From assembly GCA_964187785.1 (NCBI GenBank), contig OZ076409.1, positions 82,524,001 to 82,588,000 on the forward strand: a DNA stretch of 64,000 nucleotides, in the 5' to 3' direction. Made by a program: the position numbers and the translations under genes. Below the pieces are notes generated by a model. It saw only the letters and a program-made list of their open reading frames with translations. It ran no database searches and was not told the origin of the DNA. The stretch comes from Amphiscolops sp. MND2022. Its lineage: Eukaryota. Positions 1-13,486 of the stretch are shown here, one piece after another (position 1 is the stretch's first letter; the number at the start of each line of letters is the position of its first letter).

Positions 1-1640
1 AAACTCGACCACTTGGAAATAGGTGTCGTTGTTCGCCACGCTTATTTACAGAATCCCTTCATCCAGCAAGGTCTGACCGCCCGAATGGTCATCGGCGTGG
101 CCGCCCTCCAAATATCCCACATTTGAGAGAAAACTAATGTCAATACTGTCGACACCAAATCGAAATCATTGAAGAGCCATGTTCAAGGGTTAAGGTCCAG
201 GGAGTCCCATGGAAAGATAGCACCCTGATTCTCCACGATCCATGCTGACCACCCACGGAAGTTGTCACTACCTAAAGTAATGAACTCCTGACCGCAGTTT
301 CGTTTTACTCACTCGACTCTGATGAAAGCAAACAGAACCTGGTACCAAAAATTTTCAGGTTTTTCTCAATTAGAATTTCACTGAATGTCATCAGTTATTG
401 TGTTCATGGCTACCGGCAAAGTCGCCTAAGAAACAAAAAAATACAAAAAAATTCTTAACAGTGCAAATTTGGCCAGAAAAGTGGTCTTTGTCACGATATA
501 TCTGTCGTTGCTTTATTTCATAGTTTTTTTATCAGTTTATTTTTCTATGTAGTTCCACTCCTCGGTGATTCAATGTCAATTTTCTTTTGATTCAGTGGTT
601 TTTATCCGGGATGACTCATTTAATGGAGCACATGACCTCCAAAAGTTTGATTTGCAGAATCTTGTCTATCTTTCCCTCAGTGTTATTTCTCACGAGCAGT
701 TCGTAATTGGCCTTTGATACACACCTTAACAGAAGCTACTGAACTTTGTATTGGTATGGAGCTGCACATTAGTGCGTGCTGCCCAAACCTAGCCAAACGG
801 TGAGCAAGAAATATCAGGAACCGTTTGATTTCCTTTTAAAGGTTTACCGAAAACAACTTTTACCTGGTCTGCAAACTGAATTTTTACTGGCGCGGAAAAG
901 AAGTTTTCGAGATAAACCGCTTTGAAGAGTCTCAGAGCTCCAAACAGGTTCTTCAGCTGCAAAAAAATCACAGTGCTATTGAGATCCAATTCGAATTCAG
1001 TGGAGAAATTTTGTGCCAACTGATGTCAATAGTTTGATATATAGATTAATGATTTTGATTTGTTTGAAGGTGCAAATTTGAGTTCTCGTTTTCTAAGTCA
1101 AGGGCCTGCTCCAGTCAAAGTCCCTGTGGATTTCAAAGTTGATGTGGAGATGTCTTCAAAGCTAACAATCCCGCATGACAGGGACGTCATGCCTAAGATC
1201 TGGGGAATGATGTAATGGCACCCTCTGAAACAACAGAATCAGTCGATATTGGCATTTGGGATTTGAACAAGTTCAGAAAATTTTTTAAAATATCTAATTC
1301 TTTGATTGAAGTGGGACTGAGCATGTGATTGCTCTTTTCACTGTTTCAACGAAATTGGCAAGTACTTCGACAACAAAGAGCAAAGATCGGGAAAAAACAT
1401 AAGCCAAGCCGCCCAAACAGACGCCAAAGACTGCAAAAACCTCTGAAATTAGACTCTTTTGGTGCTAACACCCGGTTTTTCTAGAGTTCAGCAGTATGCT
1501 ACTTTTTGTAGCGAAAACAGCAAATTGATCTTTTTGGCTAATTTACGAATTAGTGCCTGTGGTGGTGCCCCAGCTTATGAGCTGAATGTGAATGTTGCCA
1601 AATAATTGTTGTGGACGAGCAGATTGTACATTGTTGTGTT

Positions 1641-1999
1641 TTTAGTCGGCGCCTTTTCCCTTAAGGAAAAAAGCCCGACTCTTACATTGAGTAGTTTTTT
1701 TTTCAGTTGACAATCTCACTCTGAGTGGTCCACTTTTCTTGCAATTTTTGTTCATCTTTCATATTTGTTCATCTTTCATCTTCGACCCAGCCGGAGAGCG
1801 TGGGTTCGAATCCCGCACTAAACCATAAATTTTTTAATGAGTTTTTCGGCATTGTGCGACCTAAAAAATACTTTTTTTCGAAAAAAAATCAAATTTTTTC
1901 TTTGAAAAAAAATTTTTTTTCCAAATTTTTCCAATAGTTGTTCCTTGAATATTTTTGAGTTTAAGATATGGCGCCGACTTGGGACGTTCCCGTCTTGTT
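1641..1999 (+). mobile_element. Non-autonomous Helentron-like (HINE-type) element, family A
   Basis: 5' AGTCGGCGCC inside a hairpin, 3' inverted GGCGCCGACT, then stem-loop GACG-TTCC-CGTC and CTTGTT; T-rich flanks. Confidence 0.7.
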
Positions 2000-4664
2000 T
2001 TTAGCTACTTTGGCGATTTTAGATCCTAATCGCCAAGTCACCCTGAATAGCGAAATTTATACTAGAGGCGGATATTTGAAGAAATACGCTCCCATTTGTA
2101 CCAGCACGCTATAACTGAACTTTTGACATTATATGCGAAGTGAACTGTGTTTTACGAAAGAGGAAGCGTAGGTTCAAAAATATTGTGCTATATCCGAATT
2201 TTGACGTTATATCCGAAGTGAATTGCGTTTTGCCAAGGAGGTAAATTTTCAAAAAAAGCGTTTATTGTTAATAATTGAAGGCGGTGCTTAGCGGGCGTCT
2301 TGTTTGATGTGAATGAATAGCCAAAACAACGACCAACATAATATTTAGCAAACTATCATAAATATAGATAGTAAAAACGTACAAAATGAACAGGAAGAAG
2401 TTAAAATTTTTATATTTCAGCCATTTTTTGTAGATTTTGTTTAGTTTTTGGATGATTTGGTTGGTATGAGTTTCCCCATTGTTCAACAAACAAATAGCTG
2501 TATAGCATATTCTTGCATTTTTTGGATAAAACATGGATTTTTACGCAACAAAACATGAAACAAAAACTGTCAAAAATTTCAATTCCTTTGAACTGTTTTT
2601 GCAAAATTGTAGTTCATCGGCTAGGCCTGAGTCAGTAGAACCAATTTTTCTGATATCAGAAACTAAGATACAAGATTCCAATATTTAGAAAATGACTAAT
2701 GCGTTGAGTTTTTCTGAATTTCATACCCAAGACTTTCTTTTTTTAATTAATAAAACAAATCTTCAAATTTAATCGTTTAAGGAATTTTAACATTAACGAA
2801 AATCCTGTGAAACGGTCTGCAAATAGCTTTAATAACTTACTACCACCTTTTTTGAAATCTAATGAAACACGTAATAATACAGATAAAGTTTCAAAAAGAT
2901 TTCAGCAGTCGCTTCATTGAAAAAAGATAGGAAGTATTATGCTACAAAAGTTTCAAAAAAGATTTCATATGAGAGTGTAAATTGTTTATTCTTAAAAACT
3001 GATTGAAATTTTAAGTTGCAAATTTCTACAAAGTTTAACGAACTGAATTGTAAGAGGATTCTCTAATGATTCATAATTCTCGACGAAGTATGGGTTTGTC
3101 AAAGTCTCTGTACACGGTTAGGTTGGTTCTGCAGATGATAAATCCTCAAGTCGGGTTTGGATCCTCTGTTGATGTATGTTTTCAAGAAAACGATTGCCCA
3201 AAAAGCCAGCATCATAGCCACCAAAGTCCAGACCACGTATTCTGTCAGAGAGGTTTCTCCAATTTCATCTAATGAGCTCAGTTCTGTCGTGTTCATTATA
3301 AACAGCATCTTCGCATGTGTAATAGCGTGTAAATCGGGGATAGTTTCGACTCTATTTGAGGTTGCAGTGATGCTCTTTCAAAGTACCTTGGTTTAGTGTA
3401 ACTATGTTACAAACTCTAGTGCAAAGATTTTCGCGAGGTACACAAGCACTGTGGGTCCATTTTTGACGCTCTTTACTTGCTTTTACTTTAGAAACATTGC
3501 TAATGAGTCAGTTTATACGTATTCCAATAGGCTAAAACTGTTTTTGAAACAATCAATTTGTCTTTTATTCTCTGAACGCACAAATTTGATCGTAATCCTA
3601 AAATATAATTTTGTTGCAAAATCGCGGTTTTCATGAAATATTTGATTGACATGATGCTAGAACGTACATATGCAAATCAATTGTATATGTTCTTTTAAGC
3701 ACTGAAATGAGATTCTAACAAAATATCAGAAGGTTAAGTTTGCTTGTTCTTTCAAAGTTGTACCTATCTTGTGATAATGTGTTTATTTTTGTAACATTTG
3801 TCATGTGTTTATAAAGTCTTTTTTCATACTTAATTAAAATGGAATAAATAAAAGAACATAAAAACAAATGCCCAAAAAATTTATACCACCTGACGAGTAC
3901 TGATTAGTAATTGATGTTTGTTGTATCAAATAGCTCACAGTTTTAAAAACCGAAGCTTTTCTCGTTATGAGTGTCAAATATTTGCCACGTTGGAAAATCT
4001 GAAGTCGTTTTGAAAAATTTTCACTGCAACCTCAACTAGGGAAGATCAAGAGTATTTGTGGTGGTACCTCCCACGAGACGTGTGCATTAGTGTTTTGATT
4101 CAGCAAGTTGACGTTTACGAATTTCTGTTATGTAACAGGCGTGAATAATTGAAATAGGAACACGTTCCACTCAATGATCTTCTACTGTACAAAATATAAC
4201 TACGGTAAAATTTGTATTTATATACTTTCGAATTTAAGCGTCGCTTTTTGATGTTGGATACATTATCCAAAAAATGCCAGATTCTTGAATGTGGTTGAGG
4301 GATTTCCACAGGGAATCGGAGAGAAAAAACGATAAAAACTAAGCACATATGGCATGGAAATCAATGGCGTTAACGTAGCCATTGTTTGTATACTTTCGCG
4401 AGTCAACTCCGAAGCAATTTGTCATCTAAGGGGACGATAAACAAGTTTGTTCCAAGTGACAGTCTTAGAGTTAGTATTTTGATGGGAGTTTAACACAGTG
4501 TAAATTAAAAATATAGCACCCGATGTGAACAGAGCAGACATCGCTGGTAAGAAATTTAATTTTCTTGTCTTTCTTTTTTCATTGCATCAGTAACGTAATT
4601 CTCAAAATACTTCTCAGCAATTTACATTGATTACATGCAGAAATGTAGTATTTCTTTGTTCATG

Positions 4665-4810
4665 CAAAATCATGGAGACTTTTTCATTTTTTTTTGAAAT
4701 ATACTATTTGAAAATATTTATATTTGGCAAAAAGGTTATAACCTTTTTGCCAAATGATAAATAATTTCAAATAGTATATTTCAAAAAATGAAAAAGTCTC
4801 CATGATTTTG
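4665..4810. repeat. Palindrome formed by a truncated head-to-head copy of the MITE terminus
   Basis: CAAAATCATGGAGAC...GGTTATAACC...GTCTCCATGATTTTG. Confidence 0.85.
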
Positions 4811-5746
4811 AGAGCGGAATACCTTATAGGGTACGAGGCTCGGAAGCTGAAGTAAGTAAGTTCGAGCCTCGCTGCAGCTAAATTCTTTTTTTGTTTCAAC
4901 CTGAGCTATACTATTCAATGCTCACAAAAGCCTACACTATCTTTTTCAGTATTTCAAGATTTTTTAAAACCTGATTTTGTAGCTGAAGCAAGTTAGATAA
5001 AGTTTGACAGCTGATTTGATATTCCGCTCTCAAAGTAGTTCCTTACTTCAATATGAAATTGTTGTTGTTTTTAGAAACTCGAAAAGATATAAATATTGCG
5101 TTTTTCAATAGTTTCCATGCAAAAAAACTGCAACAAAAATTACAGTTTTACGAATTTGTTTGCCATACAGGCACTCGTAGACAATTTGTTCACGTCATAT
5201 TGCAGCGTCTGTGCTCACAAAATTAGAGGCATTGCCCACGAAAACCTGCAAAATATCGTGGAAAAATTGGTTTAGCAAAGTATTAGTGATGCAGCATGAA
5301 AGCGTTGAGCATTAAAACTTTCACTAAGCAGCTCCAAAAATCTAATGAATTAGCCTTGCAACCTATAAAAGCATGTAAAACGCAATATTTATATCTTTTC
5401 GGGTTTCTAAAAACAACAAGAATTTCATATTGAAGTAAGGAACTACTTTGAGAGCGGAATATCAAATCAGCTGTCAAACTTTATCTAACTTGCTTCAGCT
5501 ACAAAATCGGTTTTAAAAAATCTTGAAATACTGAAAAAGATAGTGTAGGCTTTTGTGAGCATTGAATAGTATAGCTCAGGTTGAAACAAAAAAAAAGAAT
5601 TTAGCTGCAGCGAGGCTCGAACTTACTTACTTCAGCTTCCGAGCCTCATACCCTATAGGGTATTCCGCTCTCAAAATCATGGAGACTTTTTCATTTGTTG
5701 AAATATACTATTTGAAAGTACTTATCATTTGGCAAAAAGGTTATAA
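4736..5746. mobile_element. MITE/foldback element with ~370-bp inverted arms (4736-5104 and 5377-5746)
   Basis: Arms are near-identical reverse complements (the same spurious ORF appears on both strands); TTATAA at both outer ends. Confidence 0.85.
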
Positions 5747-5791
5747 TCTTTTCTTATGAAGTTTATATAAAAGGTTCTTATAAAGGTTTTA

Positions 5792-5939
5792 AACTTCTTG
5801 AAAACACCCCATGATTCACATATAACCTTGATAAGTCGGGTGTTGAGCACCTTTCCTGTTATATCGATATAACAGGAAAGGTGCTCAACACCCGACTTAT
5901 TAAGGTTATATCTGAATCATGGGGTGTTTCCAAGAAGTT
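5792..5939. repeat. 148-bp spacerless palindrome
   Basis: Centre ATATC|GATAT at 5865/5866; three mismatched pairs. Confidence 0.92.
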
Positions 5940-7670
5940 GGGTGATCGAGTCTTACAAAAGCCAAAGTTTGTATCATTTGAATTGTACTATTTTAATACA
6001 TTTTGCGGTATTACGTATACTTGAGAGAAAACACGCTTTTGCTTAAACCGGTGTTGGATCGGAATCATATTCAAGGAAAATAGGGGATATTTGATTTTCA
6101 ATAGCTCAAAACTTTGAATCTTTTCGAATTGAACTATTGAAAAAGGATTCTTGGTTCGAAATTTTTACAAAAAGCAGTAAATTGACGTGCCTACCGAACT
6201 CTACTAGATCTGACCAGGAAGATGGCAATGCAAACGCTTTTTAGTCAGTGCCATCTGATTTCTAACTTGACAATCAAAGTTAACAAGTTAACTTTGCGTC
6301 AGTTTTCTCATAGTTTTTCTCGTTCCGGTGACCAAAAAGGTTCTCAAGAAAATCTAGTCACGCTCAAGATCCAAATCGAACTCAAGCAGGTCAAAGCGTC
6401 TTCCGTCTGAGATTCTTGCAATTTTCCAGGTTGTATGAAATTTTTTGAGACCACGGGACCCCGGGTAAAGAAAAAACCTTTGGTTGAATTTCGCCCCAGG
6501 TTTAAGTTTTTACCACACGAAAAGAAGTTCAAGTTTCACCCAAAAAAGTTAACACAAACTGTTTTTTCATCTACCACTCCCTCCTTGAAAACAATGCCTT
6601 GTTGGACAAAAACTGACGTTTGAGTTTTGTACAAAACTTTTTTGTTACTTGGTGAAAATGTTTGGCTTTGTGTAAACATTAAAGATACAACACTTGATAT
6701 GTTACTTGAATCGGGTGCTATGTTCAAAGCTAAACGTTTAGTGCTATCAATTATAGGAAAAATAATAGGTTTCGTTGGACGTTCTGGACGGCTTTGGGCG
6801 GAGAATTGCAAATAATTGTTTGCGTTTGACATTCGATGAATTTAATTGTATCTTGATATTTTATTTTGTATTCGTTCCAGGGCACTTTATAACTCTAAAA
6901 GTACAGGAAATTGGGAAACAACTTCAACAGGAAACATAAAATCAACCAATTGAATGCTCATTCTAAAATAAGGTTTCAATTGAATCGAGCCAATTTACAT
7001 GGCTATAAATCCAATATGTCCTCTTTTCAGTTAGATTTCTTGAGATCAATCAAAACAAGCTGTTTGTTAGCGAAATAATAAACTTAGCACTTCGAGGTTC
7101 TCAATGCAGTGCAACTGTGGAACAAAGTTCTACGCAGGTAATAATTTTCTTCATATTCCATTTATTAATTCGCGTCAGAATGATAAACTTTAGTTGAGTT
7201 GGAGAAGGCCTAGCTAGCAAAATCCAATGAATCCAAAAAAGGCATGTATTAAGTATGTCCCAATGTCACTTAATCCAAATTGGTCCTTAGCCGTTTTGAC
7301 GGCGTTATATTTAACTATGTATTCAATTTGCCCAGATTTACTTTAGTTTTCACTGGATGAAAGGATCAATGGGGGTCCCGGCAATAACTAATCCAAGTTG
7401 CTATTCGTGATTTCAGGTCAGCGCCTCCAGAAATTGTTATGTTCTGACTCTGGTCGATTTTTGGATTTTAAGTATTGTTATAAACTTTCTACCAAGTCGA
7501 CGCACCACTTGAGGATAAAAAAGCTTTAGGACGAAAAGAGATCAATTGGGTTCAAAGAATGATTTTTCAAATCTGAACACAACAAACAAGCGGGAACAGC
7601 CTTTTGGTGCAATGGAAAACTTTTTTCCAACACTGCGGGAACCCTTTACATGGCCTGCATGCAGCGTATT

Positions 7671-8128
7671 TTTGGTCGGCGCCTTTTCCCTTAAGGAAAA
7701 AAGCCCGACTATTACAGTGGGTAGTTTTTTTCAGCCTACAACCTCACTCTGAATGGTCCACTTTTCTTACAGTTCGTATAATCTTACAATTTTTACAATT
7801 CTCACTTAGCTTACGAAGTAGTATTTTTACATCATCTAAGAAACTCAACGTGGCCAGAGGGTACTCCCTTAGAATATTTTCGGCTCTGAGAATATTTTTC
7901 GAAAAAAAATCACCAAAGGGTCCCCCTTCAATTTTTTGATATTTTCCGACAGAATGGTTGTTGAAAAATCCCAAAATGCCCCCTATTCAGTTTTTTTGGC
8001 ATTGTGAGACTTTTTTTTCATTTTGTTTCATGAAAGGGTCCCCAATTCACCAATACTTTGACATTTTGAAATATTTGCTAATTTTGAGCCTTAGATATGG
8101 CGCCGACCTGGGCCGTTCCCGGCTTGTT
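7671..8128 (+). mobile_element. HINE-like element, family A
   Basis: Same termini (GGTCGGCGCC / GGCGCCGACC, GCCG-TTCC-CGGC, CTTGTT) and internal AAAGGGTCCCC modules. Confidence 0.7.
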
Positions 8129-11100
8129 AGTTTGAGCTAGATGAAATTATTTTAGCAGTAATTGCAGTATCTTGTCGTCGTGTTTTTTTATTTTTTTTCC
8201 ATGCCGAATGCCAAAGCCCAAAATTCTGAAACAAAATCAACAAATTGGAAAATTAGTGAGAAAGTTCTCCCCATTCTTGTTTTCACATACCTTTTTAGAA
8301 TAAAGTAGCTCTTCCGTAGCCCAATAGGTTTTTTCGAAACTGTGCGACTTTTTTTGGAAAAACTTCCTCTTTTCTAAAAAGGTCCTACATTCGGTTTTTG
8401 AAAACGTCGAAAACAACAGCGCGAATGTTCCGAATGAAAGTTACCGTAAGTTCTAGAAATGCATAATATAATTTCCTTACAACTTTGAAGAACTTGTATA
8501 AGGTTCCATCAAAGGTGCGTAAATGTTCAAAAACTAGAGGATTCCGTTCGAGTTATCTGGAGCCTTGCGAAAAATGTTTTTTAGAAAAAAATTCTGAGAA
8601 AGGCATGTTCATGGATGGATTCACAAAACGTTGATGGCCAAAACAACGACAGGTCAAATAGCAGTTTAGGATTGAAAATTGTTTATTAGTATTTTTTCTT
8701 CATATTTTGTTTTTGGTGAAAAATACCTGATCATCGGTTGCAGTGAGAGACAAATCTCGAGTGTTCTTTTTCAATGCGCTTGTATGGCCGTTTGCAAAGT
8801 TTGCAGTTAATTCGTTGTTTGAACACCATTCCGTTCCTTCGAGTGAAACTTCATTCCTCAAAAATTATGGATGTTTTGAAAATGATACGCACAGAACCTC
8901 CACTCTCAACTACTACATAGCAAGTACAGTCTTCATACAGGACGTACGTCCAAATGTGGTGGACTCGTAGGTTACATACCTTTATCCAGTAAATCTCATC
9001 TGTTTCATTCTTTTCTGTACAGTCCTGTGATAAAAGGATGGGAACCCTACTTGATTCCAATACTTAAAACACTCCATTTTCCAGGTCATTTGTCTGAAAC
9101 GTTTGATTATAGGCTGAAATCAGAAAACTTTTCGATGAAATTTTCTTGAAGTTTAATCTAAACTACAATCGTGTTTCTTTGAAATTTTCATTACAAATAT
9201 TGCGGATGTAAGGTTTTAAGACTTCGTTATGTAGGATTAAAAATTGGGCGGCGATCCAAATTTTGGATTTTTGCGTGTTTTACAAAAACTTTTGATCAAG
9301 TTGTTTTTGATAGTACGATTCATCGCTGTCCACTAACTGCACAGTCAAACTTTGAAGCCCTTAGTGTTTACTCGCCACTAAAACAAATCCAGTACATGTA
9401 TTAGGGTTGGATAAAGATTTAAGAATGGGATATGTCATTGTCTTTTTACATGTAAATATTCTATACAAGTATCCACCAAATTACCTTCAGCCAGGCTCAA
9501 GCAAAGATTTTCCTGGTTTTCTTGAATCCAGCTGATGTTTGTCTTTGTTATGATGCGCAATCACAACTTGTTCGTAATTTCCTCCAGTATCAAAAATCTG
9601 AAGACACCGACCATTTTCAAACAGAGCACTTTGAGAAACAATGTAAAATACTAAAGATGAAGAACGGTGTCAAGGACAAAAAGTTGATTAAAATACGGTT
9701 TTCATTGAGCAGTGTTCATTGAGACATTGACAAAGGCAGTTTCCAAAATTCTTGAAATTCTTCAAAATAAAATGTGAGTTTTTGTACCAAGAGTTTTTTC
9801 AAAGTGTCCCCAGTTTTGCTCAAAACGCTAGCTGTTCGGGACACGAACTAAAGTAATCATAGCCTTCCATAGTAACCATGAAAGCGTAGTAACTGGAATG
9901 ATTCTTGCGTAACGGTTCTCTTTGATGTTAACAAGATTTAACGGTCATTCGATTTTCGTGCTTTGCTTTTTCATTGAAAAAAAAAGGTTTTGCGTGTCGT
10001 GTTTACCAACGAACGTACCATTTCGGTCGTTCGTGCTATTTTTTGGGTTCTTTGCTTTCAATCGCCTACTGGAACCGGTTCTCGTTAATTTTCGGATATA
10101 GTTTGAACGTTTGTCGGTCCATGCCAATCACTTGAATGACTTCTCAACAATTTTCATAGTGAAGAGCCTTCAGTTCAAACGTTACGTTATTTGATCACTT
10201 TTCATTCAATTCACCACGCCGTACAGAAACCGATGCTTTTGTGCAGCATGTTCGAATGTCTTTGAACATGCTGGAATCGGTAAAAAGCTGAATAAACCTG
10301 CGTTACTTTTTCACGGTTTTTTATTAATAAGTCAAGGAAAGAGTTCCTCCCAGACAACGACTTGTCTGGTACCTGCTAAAGTTTCTTTAACGTTTTGTGA
10401 ATCCCTTCCTAGGACAATTTGGGTTGAAAAACTTGGGAAACAGGCACTGCTCGGGTCAATACAAAACTTAAACTTTCAATGCTATCTGCTGGTTCACTCA
10501 TGCGCTGTAATCTTGTAAACAAGCCATAATTCCCATTCCTTTTGGTTTCTCTAACTTAATTTTCAATTCTTCAACTGCTGTAAACCAAATTTGCCTAAAA
10601 CTTGAACACAACTTTCAAATTATTCTTCAATTCATTCCTCATCTTTTTATGCTCTATTAGTTAACAGCCAGAAACCCCATTGTGCACGCGGACACAAACA
10701 TTAGTGGTTGTATATTGACAAGCAAGTCTATATAGGAGCAATAAACAAGTATGGATATTAGGAAGGGCTCTTTAGCATTTTGGGTAGAAAATCACCAATT
10801 GTATAACGATTTTTTAAAATCCTGCAAATTATCCACTTTATTATAACATTTAGATATTGTAGTTGATTATTAGGGTACTGATGTATGTGGGTATTTAGTC
10901 ACCGTGGCCCAACTGGAAGTGCGTTACCCTGACAGACAGGAGGTCTAAGGCTCGCGGGAGCCTGAATTTTTTCGACTTTCCCAGAAGGTACATCTCGTCT
11001 TCGCCATCCTTTTTTTTCTTTTTAGGAGTATGGATGGTTTCGAACCTCCTAGTCTTGGCACTTTTTTGTGTGACGTAAAACATCCCGGTGTTTAACGGGC

Positions 11101-11256
11101 GTTTTAGCAATAAACCGTAGCCAAGCAAGCAATGAAGAAAGAAGTACAATGCTGCGAGTTTGGGAACTTGAAAATTTATGTGCGTACTTTTGAAGGTAAT
11201 GCCCAAACTCAACATTGTACTACGTCCCTCGTTCGAACGCATCCAGAGAAATATGC

Positions 11257-11330
11257 AACAAGACGGGAACATCTAAAGTCGGGACTACACACACAAACAG
11301 CGGAATGCTCAGGACGTTTTCATTGAAAAA
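11257..11330 (-). repeat. Isolated 3' end of a family A HINE-like element
   Basis: AACAAGACGGGAACATCTAAAGTCGG; no matching 5' end found. Confidence 0.55.
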
Positions 11331-13486
11331 CTCACAAATAAGTGTCGAAACACCCAAATGGTACCTTTCGTGCTCGGATTACGCTTCAAAATTTCAAATA
11401 CAGCGCCATGGGTCACATAGCAGTGCTTTTTCTTTAACCTCGGCCTCCTCTTTAGTAAGACGCAATATAGTTCTTTTATAGTGTCTGAAAATTTTTTATA
11501 GCGCAATTTTTCCGAGCATCGGTCTACTCTTTAGTGGAAAGCAACTTACGTCGAAGATAAGGTCGGCTATTCAGATAGTATTGAACGAAGTTATTTGTGG
11601 ATATGTTTTGAGAAAAGTTAATTTCGGAGAAATATGAAATTTTGAAACAGTCTGAAAATGCCGAAATGCCTGTGGCCTTTTCCAACGTTCCATTTGGATG
11701 GAAGGTCCATTTAGATGCATCAAAAGTTTTTTGAAAAAAAAGATTACGTTGCTGAATAAACATCGAACGGACGGGATGAACTATCAGACGACTGAGCACA
11801 ATAGGAAGATGTGGCTGCAGTGACTATTTGCCTAGATCTTTCGCCGTCGTTCTGATCAAATAACTTTTCCTTTTATTGATTTGAGGGTAGAGATTTCTGC
11901 AACATCCCAAATCTGTCTTCATTTTCAAGTTGAGTCTGTAGCCTGATCAAAGAAAATTCTATTCTGTCCTTATTGGTTTTCGATAACTCCGGTGGTGTTT
12001 TTGGAATCATTCCATTTCTTCAGAATGGTTGTTTTGTAAATCTACATGTTTTGAATTAAATTACTGTAATTAAAGTTGGCCCGTTTCTAAGCTTCATGGG
12101 AAAGACTTCACTCATGACCCACGAAAGAGATGAAACTTGTTTGATAAGTGTTGAGTTGTAGGATATTGAGTATCAACTAATCTAGATTTCACAGGCAGAA
12201 AATTGGAAAAGTTTCATTTCCCCAGAAATGTAAGAATGACGTGTAACTAGTAGTACTCTGGGACAAAATTTGATTAATCGTGGCGCGCTGGTAGCTTTGC
12301 TCAGGAGGTGAGACGCTTTTCCTACAAACCTTCACTCTCATTGGGTTCTCAATAGAGGTGCAAATTGAACTAGATCACGTGATCAATCACCATCATGAGT
12401 GCTAGAGGACTACCAACTATTAGTTTGCGCCAAAATTACATTTAAAGTAAAAATATGCATATGTAATGGGATGATATAAAGTAGAAGTATACTGCTGATG
12501 GGGCGTTGGTATATGAGACAGTTAACGATTGATGTAAAAGCGATGGATTTTACAAGTATTTGTAGAGTTCACATCAGCAACTAGTGAACAATGTGAAGGC
12601 GTTGGATTATTATTATCATCAGTAAACAAGGAAAAATGAAATTTCATGAATAGACGAGAAAACGATGGATGATTCTCATTTCAAAGCACTTTTCAGTGTA
12701 GATGATGTTTTAACGATAATTTGCTATGATTGAGGGGATCAAATGATCGATGTAAATGCGCGATGATTGGAGAGGTTGCGACTGAATGAAGAATGAATGC
12801 TTATGTTCGCTTTTGCTCTTTGGAGGATTGAATTTGATTTCGAGCAGTCGATATACGAACGATGGATGTCTTTGATCGTTCAATTATCTTTTGTTAAGTG
12901 ACGTTAAAACGTTGCTTCTTTCAATATCGCCTACTATCACAACCGCTCGGCACCGATGGAAGATCTTCTCCGTTTTTACGTCGTTTTTCGTGTTGGCACC
13001 AATTTGCATTCTCAAAACGAAGGGAAAGTGATGTAATGAACGATTCAAATTTCGCACAGACTATGATAAGGCTTCCTAGCTGTCGATTTTCGAAACGGGA
13101 CAAAGAACTGGTTATTTCTTTGCACATCAGAAGCGAACAATAATCAAAGCCAGTTAGCAGGAAGACAATACTATTTTTAAAAAAAAACTGTAGAAAACCT
13201 TGTTGTTGTGTTGTTGGGAAAACATTGCTTGAATAGTGACAATAAAACTTCGTTTCAAATTCTGATTTTCTGTTCAAACCGGCGGTATTGTTACATTACC
13301 TTATTCCGCTTCAAAAACCGGCGAGTCGTCCTGTTTTTGAAATCGGTTATTTTGTCCTGCATCAGAATGATACACTTGTTGCCTAAAAAAAAACAAAATA
13401 GTCATTGAAGTGTTTAAAAAGCAACAACAACTGTTTTGTGACTTTGGGATTTTCTTTCCCTGAATACCTGTTCTAAACAAGAAGAG

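Noticed and set aside
1790..1822. tRNA gene (GGGTTCGAATCCC)
   Set aside because: Only a T-arm and variable-arm fragment inside a HINE-like element; no complete cloverleaf.
3099..3308. Small single-pass membrane protein ORF
   Set aside because: Short, no recognisable homology, and expected by chance in AT-rich DNA.
6344..6832. Two in-frame minus-strand ORFs separated by one stop
   Set aside because: No recognisable motif; cannot be distinguished from decayed repeat sequence.
9485..9597. Exon-like segment (NISWIQENQENL) recalling an aminopeptidase C-terminus
   Set aside because: In-frame stop and no supporting neighbouring exons.
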